This document shows positions 7,391 through 14,382 of a DNA stretch of 32,000 bases, piece by piece. Numbering within the stretch: the stretch's first letter is position 1; each line of letters begins with the position of its first letter. Made by a program: the position numbers and the translations under genes. A model generated the notes under the pieces. The model made no database searches. It was given only the letters and a program-made list of their open reading frames with translations, and had not been told where the DNA came from. The stretch is from Xylanibacter ruminicola 23 (GTDB lineage: Bacteria > Bacteroidota > Bacteroidia > Bacteroidales > Bacteroidaceae), in the NCBI RefSeq assembly GCF_000025925.1, contig NC_014033.1, positions 3,330,001 through 3,362,000 on the forward strand, written 5' to 3'.

Positions 7391-8245
7391 ATGAAGCTGT
7401 TATTAATTGGATTAATTCTATTTTGCATCGGAAACAATGCTTTTGGTCAGAAAACAATTTCTGACCAAAAGGTATTGGATACGGTTTCTTATCGCTTTGT
7501 GTACGATGTCCAGGCAAAGGTTTTTGAGAATAGCAATCTAAGGAAATCTGATGAACATTGGTTGGATATTGGGAAAAAAGGTATTAGTTATTATTATAGT
7601 GCTTGGCAAATGAGAAATATCCAAATCCATGATAGCATACGCAATATTGGTGGCTCAATGAATGATGTCTTTCGAGTGAAGTACGAGCAAGGTGTTGAAC
7701 CGTCAAATTTCCTTTATTTCATATTCAAGAATTATCCACTGACAGGGCAGCAGACTGTAGATTATGCGTCGATGGATTTATTCCAATATCAGGAACCGAT
7801 GGATTTGAATTGGAATTTTGTAGAAGGGGATACTATTATTTTGAATCATCCTTGTCAAAAGGCAATCTGCAATTATCATGGTAAAACATGGATTGCATTT
7901 TATGCCACAGATATCCCTATTTCTGATGGTCCTTGGAAATTATCAGGGTTGCCCGGGCTTATTCTCAGGGCTTACGACCTTTCCGACTCGTTCTTGTTTA
8001 ACTGTGTAGGCATCTATCAGAATGTAGGAGGAATTATTGCAATGATGCGTTCTAATAGAAAGATAACTACTCCTCAAAAAGTACATGAGACGACAAGAGA
8101 AATAGAAAAGGATCCCAATGCATATATGAAAGCAAAAGGCCAAAATGTCACAACGCTCGATGAAAAGGGGCGCCCTATCAATTTGGGTAAGATTCTGTCG
8201 AATATGGCTCATTACGAAAGTTATTCCTCTGGAGATAAGAAATGA
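7391..8245 (+). CDS. GLPGLI family protein, paralog 2
   Basis: 284-aa ORF with a signal peptide ending in NNAFG|QK (N-terminus MKLLLIGLILFCIGNNAFG) and the motif DIPISDGPWKLSGLPGLILRAYD. By eye it is ~55-60 percent identical to paralog 1. Its stop overlaps the next start (ATGA at 8242-8245). Confidence 0.85.
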   Translation: MKLLLIGLILFCIGNNAFGQKTISDQKVLDTVSYRFVYDVQAKVFENSNLRKSDEHWLDIGKKGISYYYSAWQMRNIQIHDSIRNIGGSMNDVFRVKYEQGVEPSNFLYFIFKNYPLTGQQTVDYASMDLFQYQEPMDLNWNFVEGDTIILNHPCQKAICNYHGKTWIAFYATDIPISDGPWKLSGLPGLILRAYDLSDSFLFNCVGIYQNVGGIIAMMRSNRKITTPQKVHETTREIEKDPNAYMKAKGQNVTTLDEKGRPINLGKILSNMAHYESYSSGDKK

Positions 8246-8293
8246 GATATACGCTGTTGACATTGATGGTATGGCTGACAGCTATGGTGGTCG
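8211..8293 (+). repeat. 83-bp junction repeat, copy 2 (functional GLPGLI/receptor junction)
   Basis: See 7159-7241. Confidence 0.9.
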
Positions 8294-10806
8294 AGGCCCA
8301 AACATCTTTTTCGGGACGTGTTGTTGCTGAAGGTTCGAAAAAGGGGTTGGGCTGGGCCAGTGTAGTGGCCGAGGATGGTAACCATAAGCCCGTGGCATTT
8401 GCTAGAACTAAGGAGGATGGCACCTTTGAACTGAAGGTGCAGGCAGGCAAGGAACCGGCATGGCTATCGTTCTCGTTGCTCAGCTATGCAAAAAAAACGA
8501 TTGCTGTAGCTGATTATCGCAATGGTCAGACCGTAAAAATGCGCGAAGAGGCACTAATGCTGAAGGAGGTAAAAGCCACCTCGAAGCGATTGGTTCGACG
8601 TAGCGATACGTTGGTATATAGCGTGGCAGGATTCCGCCATAAGCAAGACAGATCCATAGCCGACGTCATTGCTAAAATGCCTGGGCTTGAAGTAAAGCAG
8701 GATGGCTCTATCCAGTATCAGGGCAAGCCCATCAACGAGTTTTATATTGGAGGCATGAACCTGATGGGCAACAACTACTCGCTGGCCAGCGAGAATATCA
8801 ATGCCAACAAGGTGAAGAATGTAGAGGTTCTTACCAACCATCAGAAGGTGAAGGCCCTGCGTGGTGTGCAATTCTCCGACCAGGCTGCACTGAATCTTGT
8901 ATTAGAAGAAGATGCCAAGAATACCTGGTTGGGATTGGTGGAGACAGGAGTGGGAACCACATTGCAACAGAACGAGACCGACCGTCTGCTGCGCGACGGG
9001 CGCCTGATGGCCATGATGTTTGGAGGTAAGATGCAGAGCCTGTCGATGTATAAATGGAATAATACAGGTAAAAACATCAAACGAGAGATACGCGACCTGC
9101 AAAACACCATCGCCGACATCAGTAGTGCCAAAAGCATGATTAATAGTGTTGGACTGAGTGCCCCTGGCCTGATGCAGGAACGCTATACGATGAACGACTC
9201 CCGACTGCTGGCTACCAACTGGCTGCGTAAGGCTGGTAAGGATGCCACCATCAGGTTCCAGCTCAATGGCTTTATCGACAATACCGAGGGTAATCGCTAC
9301 TCAGAAACCACCTACTCGGATGTGATGGGTGGTGCCATCATCACAGAGGAAGCCAATGGCGAGAATCGGCAGAGCCAATGGAAAGGTGAATTGAAATATG
9401 AGCGCAATGGAGAAAAACTGTTTGTTACAAATGTATTGAGCGGCTATATGGATTTCGACAAGAGCTGGGCTACGACATACACAAACGGTCAGGTTCTGCG
9501 ACAAGAGGCTGCACCCAAAGAACGCTGGGTGGGCGACCATCTGGAAATCGTGAAGGCCTTGGGTAATGACCGTGTGCTGCGACTGAATGCCAGTGGCTTT
9601 ATCGCCTATCTGCCTGGTATGCTGCTACTGGCCGACAGTACTAGCCAGAATGTCGATCAGCATGCCACCCAATTGCGTGTAGGGGCCTCATTCCGCCATA
9701 AACTATTTGGTAAACTGTATGTTTCATATAAAACAGGTGTTGACTACGATGACGAGCGTTTCGCACTTAGTTGCCATCAACAGCCTACACAGCGCAACAG
9801 CTATCAACAGTTCAGCTGGTATCTGCAGCCATCATTCAATATCAAACGTAATGATCTGGAGCTTACGGCATCGCTGCCATTCAGATTAATCAATCGCCAC
9901 TTTGGTAATGAAAACAACACGCAGGGCATACTAACGCCAACAATAAACATTCATTATCAGCTGCTTAGCGAACTGGCTGTTATTGCCAGCTATAACTACA
10001 ACTGGCAGCCCGCCTCGTTAGAGGATATGACGGCAGTTCCTGTTTACAGCAGCTATCGAAGCTATAGTACAGGTATCGGCAGTCTCTATGCCCAAAACAG
10101 TCAGAATGGCAATCTGAAGTTTGAATACAGTAACCCTGTGATAGGTTTGTTTGGCCATATCCAGGCCACCTTGTTATATCAGGACAATCAGCCTCTTTAC
10201 AACAGCCAGTTGGACGGCATTTTCTACCATAGTAGCCCGTCGGGACAGTTCTACGACAATACCACATGGATGCTTTCCGGCCGTCTCAGCAAATCACTCG
10301 GCACTATGAAATTTATTACAGCCATCGACGGTAATCTGTCGAGCCGACGCTCCACCACCATGATGAGCGGGCTACTACTACCTTACCGTCTCGACAGCTA
10401 TCGTTGCGGCATCAGTTTCTCTTTGCGCCCGGCACAGACGCTGTCTTTCGAGGAAGAGAGTCATTATCAGTACAGCTGTCAGAAATTCAACAGCATTCAG
10501 TTGTCGGATAGCCGTGCCTTGCGTTCGTTTACCCATACTTTGAAGAGCTACTACATGCCAGGTAACTGGCAGATAGAATGGACCAACGAGATGTATCATA
10601 GTAACGACCATTCCGTATCGTTCACCTATTTCTCCGACCTGCAGGTGTCATACCGCACCAAAAAGCATGAGTTTGGTGTAAAGGTAGGTAATATCTTCGG
10701 CAACAAGGATTACGAACGCAGATACATCTACACCAATTACACCAGTTACACGATGAACCGCTTGCGCCCAAGAGAAATCCTATTGAAGGCTAGTTTTGAT
10801 CTGTAA
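8242..10806 (+). CDS. TonB-dependent receptor-like outer-membrane protein (CarboxypepD_reg domain + plug + large beta-barrel)
   Basis: 854-aa ORF with signal peptide MRYTLLTLMVWLTAMVVEA|Q. CarboxypepD_reg-like segment: FSGRVVAEGSKKGLGWASVVAEDGNHKPVAFARTKEDGTFELKV. TonB-box-like LKEVKATSK. Plug-like segment: DRSIADVIAKMPGLEVKQDGSIQYQGKPINEFYIGGMNL. The remainder is long, Y/S/N-rich and barrel-like. No SusD-like partner is present. Confidence 0.85.
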   Translation: MRYTLLTLMVWLTAMVVEAQTSFSGRVVAEGSKKGLGWASVVAEDGNHKPVAFARTKEDGTFELKVQAGKEPAWLSFSLLSYAKKTIAVADYRNGQTVKMREEALMLKEVKATSKRLVRRSDTLVYSVAGFRHKQDRSIADVIAKMPGLEVKQDGSIQYQGKPINEFYIGGMNLMGNNYSLASENINANKVKNVEVLTNHQKVKALRGVQFSDQAALNLVLEEDAKNTWLGLVETGVGTTLQQNETDRLLRDGRLMAMMFGGKMQSLSMYKWNNTGKNIKREIRDLQNTIADISSAKSMINSVGLSAPGLMQERYTMNDSRLLATNWLRKAGKDATIRFQLNGFIDNTEGNRYSETTYSDVMGGAIITEEANGENRQSQWKGELKYERNGEKLFVTNVLSGYMDFDKSWATTYTNGQVLRQEAAPKERWVGDHLEIVKALGNDRVLRLNASGFIAYLPGMLLLADSTSQNVDQHATQLRVGASFRHKLFGKLYVSYKTGVDYDDERFALSCHQQPTQRNSYQQFSWYLQPSFNIKRNDLELTASLPFRLINRHFGNENNTQGILTPTINIHYQLLSELAVIASYNYNWQPASLEDMTAVPVYSSYRSYSTGIGSLYAQNSQNGNLKFEYSNPVIGLFGHIQATLLYQDNQPLYNSQLDGIFYHSSPSGQFYDNTTWMLSGRLSKSLGTMKFITAIDGNLSSRRSTTMMSGLLLPYRLDSYRCGISFSLRPAQTLSFEEESHYQYSCQKFNSIQLSDSRALRSFTHTLKSYYMPGNWQIEWTNEMYHSNDHSVSFTYFSDLQVSYRTKKHEFGVKVGNIFGNKDYERRYIYTNYTSYTMNRLRPREILLKASFDL

Positions 10807-10909
10807 GTATTAGTTGTCATCTATATTCTAATTTATCTGATAGAGACTATTTGAGTGGTGCCTCATATACCCCATTATCACCAGTTGTAGTGATAAAAAG
10901 ATGTTAAAT

Positions 10910-10955
10910 ACTAAAAATTTAGTTGATAAAATTTGGAACTACTAAATATTTAGTA
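10910..10955. promoter_or_regulatory. Two palindromic operators (ACTAAA-N2-TTTAGT) upstream of the blaI-like gene
   Basis: ACTAAAAATTTAGT at 10910-10923 and TACTAAATATTTAGTA (perfect 16-nt palindrome) at 10940-10955. Centres are 31 bp apart. The second abuts the -7 box at 10956-10963. Confidence 0.5.
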
Positions 10956-10963
10956 TATATTTG
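10956..10963 (+). promoter_or_regulatory. Putative -7 promoter box (TATATTTG) for blaI/blaR1/tlpA-like genes
   Basis: Exact TAnnTTTG match. It lies 8 nt before ATG 10972 and 26 nt before ATG 10990, which favours 10990 as the start. Confidence 0.5.
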
Positions 10964-10989
10964 CCGGCGGAATGATAAACCTAAGCATT

Positions 10990-11376
10990 ATGAAGGAGAA
11001 AAAGAAGCAACTAACCAAGGCCGAGACGCAGGTGATGAACATCCTGTGGAGTTTGCCAGAACAGCAGGGCTTTATTCAGGACATCATCGATCGCTATCCT
11101 GAACCCAAACCTGCCTACACTACTATCCTGACGTTTATGAAGATTCTTACAGACAAGGGATTTGTAAAGCCTGAAAGGGTAGGCAAGGCCAATCGTTTTT
11201 CGCCGTTGGTAAGCAAGGACGATTACACCTACTCGTTTATCAGCGATGTAAAGGATACTTTTTTTGATGGCTCATTCACATCGCTTGTCAGCTTCTTTGC
11301 CAAAAAGGAGCAATATACCGACGAGGAGTTGGCAGAACTGAAGGAATTGATGACAAAAATCGAGTCGAAACGATGA
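10990..11376 (+). CDS. BlaI/MecI/CopY-family transcriptional repressor
   Basis: The track ORF is 10972-11376; I prefer the ATG at 10990 (MKEKKKQLTKAETQVMNILW...). The winged-helix pattern LTKAETQVMNILW...IQDIIDRYPEPKPAYTTILTFMKILTDKGFV is typical of the family. Its stop overlaps the next start (ATGA at 11373-11376). Confidence 0.8.
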   Translation: MKEKKKQLTKAETQVMNILWSLPEQQGFIQDIIDRYPEPKPAYTTILTFMKILTDKGFVKPERVGKANRFSPLVSKDDYTYSFISDVKDTFFDGSFTSLVSFFAKKEQYTDEELAELKELMTKIESKR

Positions 11377-12614
11377 TAACGGCATTTCTGTTATATATAG
11401 GTAAGGTGGCGATACTGTTGGCAGTGTTCTATCTGTTTTATCGCCTATTGATGGAACGTGAGACTTTTCATCGCTTTAATCGTGCCATCCTGCTTTTGTC
11501 GTTCTTGATAGCCTTTATCCTTCCGCTGTGCGAAATCACCCTGCACAAAACGGTTGTGGCTGCATCTACGTCTGCATCCGGGTCTAATGTTGCAGCTGGT
11601 GTTGTATCGGATATTCCCTCTGTAACTTACGGTAATCCCCTTCTATGGCTATTCGTTATCTATCTTGTAGGCGTAGTATTAAAACTGCTCCATACCGCCA
11701 TCAGCATCTATCGTTTGAACAAGTTGATTAACCAATGCGAGCAGCACCCGCAAGCAGATGGTACCACCATTGCCGTTTGCGCTCAGAATATTGCTCCGTT
11801 CAGTTGGTGGAACACCATTGTGTTTTCGCGTCGCGACTATCAATTACAGGATTCGGCCCTCTTGGTTCATGAGCGGGCACATATCAATAGCTATCACTCC
11901 TTCGATCTGTTGCTGATGGAGTTGGCGATTGCCCTGCAGTGGTTTAACCCTGCCATCTGGCTCACAGGTAGAGAGTTACGTGCCGTTCATGAGTACGAGG
12001 CCGATGCCAGTGTGCTTTCGGGTGGTGTAGATGCACACCACTATCTGAACCTGCTGATGGATAGGGCCAATGCCAAGTTGGAGTGTAAGTTGGCTAATGC
12101 CATCAGTCAGCAAACGCTGAAGAACCGTTTTCAGATGATGGCGCGTCATCGCTCCAAGCCTTCACGATTGCTCAAGGTGCTGTATCTGCTCCCCGTTGTA
12201 GCCATCACCTTAGCCCTGAATGCTCAGACGATTATTCACTATCAGGCACCTGAACCCGCTCCCAGCCATCCTGTTGCTGATACCATTCAGCCCCCTGCGT
12301 CACAGAAGGTGGCACCAGACCCTGAGGTTAAGCCATATAAACAGCAAAGCACTCAAAAGACGGAACCTCAGCCAGAAACCGCATTGCTGACGATTTCAGG
12401 AACGGTAGTTGACGAAGAAGGTAATCCCTTGTTAGGTACAGCTGTAAAGGAACATGACGGTGCAACAGGTACGATTACTGATTTTGATGGTAAATTCTCG
12501 CTCAAAGTACCCAAAGGCACTGTGGTAGATTTTCTGAATATAGGCGTGGCCACAGTCTCCATACAGGTAAAGAGCGATATGACTGACCAGAAGATAATTA
12601 TGAAACAAGAATAA
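11373..12614 (+). CDS. BlaR1-like M56 family membrane metallopeptidase/signal transducer fused to a C-terminal CarboxypepD_reg-like domain
   Basis: 413-aa ORF with several N-terminal TM helices. HExxH in LLVHERAHINSYHSFD and a downstream EYEAD. A Pro-rich linker (APEPAPSHPVADTIQPPASQKVAPDPEVKP) precedes ISGTVVDEEGNPLLGTAVKEHDGATGTITDFDGKFSLKVPKGT. Confidence 0.85.
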   Translation: MITAFLLYIGKVAILLAVFYLFYRLLMERETFHRFNRAILLLSFLIAFILPLCEITLHKTVVAASTSASGSNVAAGVVSDIPSVTYGNPLLWLFVIYLVGVVLKLLHTAISIYRLNKLINQCEQHPQADGTTIAVCAQNIAPFSWWNTIVFSRRDYQLQDSALLVHERAHINSYHSFDLLLMELAIALQWFNPAIWLTGRELRAVHEYEADASVLSGGVDAHHYLNLLMDRANAKLECKLANAISQQTLKNRFQMMARHRSKPSRLLKVLYLLPVVAITLALNAQTIIHYQAPEPAPSHPVADTIQPPASQKVAPDPEVKPYKQQSTQKTEPQPETALLTISGTVVDEEGNPLLGTAVKEHDGATGTITDFDGKFSLKVPKGTVVDFLNIGVATVSIQVKSDMTDQKIIMKQE

Positions 12615-12631
12615 CTTAACCAATAAAAGTA

Positions 12632-13726
12632 ATGAGTATGAAAAAAGTTTTTGTGATGATGGCAGTGTTGTTGGCATCAGTAACCGCATCTGCTAATGAC
12701 AACTTTAAGTTGACAGGTAAAATTGATGGTGCAAGCAATGATACGCTCTGCATCGAGTATACTATTTTGCAGCCTCAGAAACAGCACATGGTGCATAAGG
12801 TGGCTGTAAAGGCTGGTGAGTTTTTGTTCCACGCCAATCTGAAAGAGGCTTATTCGGCTAAAATGTATTTAAAGACGAATCCCAAAGAGAGTCTTTATTT
12901 CTATTTGGTTCCTGATGAGGAGGCTGTCTTTAGTGGCAGTCTTAATTCGGTAGACGAGCATTGGAGTGGTAGTACATTCTATCAGCAGTACGAACGAATA
13001 ACTGAACTCCAACGTCCTTTTAATATTGAGTTTGTGGCTGCTCGAAATGATCCTGATAGCATAAGGGGGGAGAAAAACCGTGATATCAATAGGCGCGCAC
13101 ATTCTGTATATATGAAATACATAGAGGAACATCCCGACGAGGATGCCACGGCAACTTTGATTGTTTATGTAGGTTACGAGCAGGTGTTGCCTGCTATGGC
13201 CAAGTTGACTCCGGAAGTTCGCAATGGCAGAATGAAAAGCGATTTGGATAGCTTGGAGAGAATGTTTAAGCAAGTGCTGAAAGAGGCGGCTGCACGCAAA
13301 GCCGTTAAGAACGATACTGTTACAATAGGCACTCAAGTACCAGAACTTGGGTTGAAAGATTTGCAGGGAAATGTGTTGGAATTGAAATCGCTTCGTGGTA
13401 AATATGTAGTGCTCGATTTCTGGGGCTCGTGGTGTACCTGGTGTATCAAAGGGTTCCCCAAACTAAAGGAGTACTACGCCAAATATAAGGATCGCCTTGA
13501 GATTGTGGGCATCGACTGTAACGATACTGCCGAAAAGTGGGCTGCTGCTGTTAAGAAACACAATCTGCCTTGGCTGCAGGTAAGAAGCGAGGATGGCATT
13601 ACAGAGGATAGATTCAGAATAAAGGGCTATCCTTATAAGGTGCTGATCTCGCCCGAAGGCATTGTGCTCAATGCCTACCTAGGCGAAACCGCCGATTTCT
13701 ACCAGTATTTAGATACCGCCCTTTAA
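12632..13726 (+). CDS. TlpA-family thiol-disulfide oxidoreductase (N-terminal DUF4369-like domain + thioredoxin fold)
   Basis: 364-aa ORF with signal peptide MSMKKVFVMMAVLLASVTASA and the thioredoxin CxxC in VVLDFWGSWCTWCIKGFPKL. Confidence 0.85.
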   Translation: MSMKKVFVMMAVLLASVTASANDNFKLTGKIDGASNDTLCIEYTILQPQKQHMVHKVAVKAGEFLFHANLKEAYSAKMYLKTNPKESLYFYLVPDEEAVFSGSLNSVDEHWSGSTFYQQYERITELQRPFNIEFVAARNDPDSIRGEKNRDINRRAHSVYMKYIEEHPDEDATATLIVYVGYEQVLPAMAKLTPEVRNGRMKSDLDSLERMFKQVLKEAAARKAVKNDTVTIGTQVPELGLKDLQGNVLELKSLRGKYVVLDFWGSWCTWCIKGFPKLKEYYAKYKDRLEIVGIDCNDTAEKWAAAVKKHNLPWLQVRSEDGITEDRFRIKGYPYKVLISPEGIVLNAYLGETADFYQYLDTAL

Positions 13727-13819
13727 GTTGATGGTATGGCTCAACATGTTCTGATTATAAGAAGATTGGAGAACGAATATATTAAGACGAATGACAAATT
13801 CCTATTAGTGGAACGCAGT

Positions 13820-13885
13820 GTTCCCAGGTTGGGAACAAAACATTCCCAGGTTGGGAATGAAACGTTCCCAAGTTGGGAAAAAATG
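13820..13885. repeat. Three exact-phase 22-bp tandem repeats, each containing the dyad TTCCCA-N3-TGGGAA
   Basis: Units: GTTCCCAGGTTGGGAACAAAAC (13820-13841), ATTCCCAGGTTGGGAATGAAAC (13842-13863) and GTTCCCAAGTTGGGAAAAAATG (13864-13885). A half-unit GGAAC at 13810-13814 precedes them with the same 5-nt spacing. Confidence 0.9.
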
Positions 13886-13937
13886 AAGCGCTTTTGGTGG
13901 CGAGGGTTGTAGTATTAGTTGGCGTTTCTTTTGAAAC

Positions 13938-14200
13938 TTTTGCAAAAAAATCTCTCATCTCTCCCTCAATCTCTCAAAACCCGCATAAACACAGGTGGTT
14001 TGAGCGATGAGAGATTTTTCGCATCCCTCCCTCATCTCTCATGTATCTCTCCCTATAGCATGAGAGATGTAGGGAGGGATTAGGGAGGGAAAAGGGAGAG
14101 ATTAAGAAAATCTCCACCCTCTCGAAATGCCTGTGTACAAAGGCTTTTCGGAAGATTGAGGGAGAGATGGCTGTTTTTACAGAGAAATTATTTGCAAAAA
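13938..14200. repeat. CT/GA-rich nested inverted-repeat element (MITE-like relic or structured RNA; function unknown)
   Basis: Outer 17-nt perfect IR: CATCTCTCCCTCAATCT (13956-13972) with AGATTGAGGGAGAGATG (14153-14169). Middle IR: ACACAGG (13989-13995) with CCTGTGT (14130-14136). Inner IR: ATCCCTCCCTCATCTCTCATG (14023-14043) with CATGAGAGATGTAGGGAGGGAT (14059-14080), with one bulge. Both ends carry TTTGCAAA(A/T)AA (13939-13949 and the complement of 14190-14200). Confidence 0.7.
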
Positions 14201-14319
14201 TTATCTCCGTTACCTCTTCTTTACCTATCTTGGCTTTGATGATATAAACACCTTTAGGCCAGCCTGCGGTAGAGATGGTGGTAGAGTGCTATATGTCAGG
14301 GACCAGTCCCGTGGCATAG

Positions 14320-14338
14320 ATAGGCTATCGCTAAATAT
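14320..14338. repeat. Direct repeat flanking the ATPase gene, left copy (ATAGGCTATCGCTAAATAT)
   Basis: Matches 15800-15817 (ATAGGCTATCGCAAATAT) with one indel. CCGTGGCAT also occurs next to both copies (14309-14317 and 15836-15844). Confidence 0.8.
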
Positions 14339-14382
14339 CTTCGAGAGATAACGTTATTAAATTGAGATGGTATGATCCAAAA

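Noticed and set aside
10871-10896. Possible terminator hairpin TATCAC-N8-GTGATA after the receptor gene
   Set aside because: It is only a 6-bp stem followed by A-rich rather than T-rich sequence on the coding strand. That is not convincing as an intrinsic terminator.
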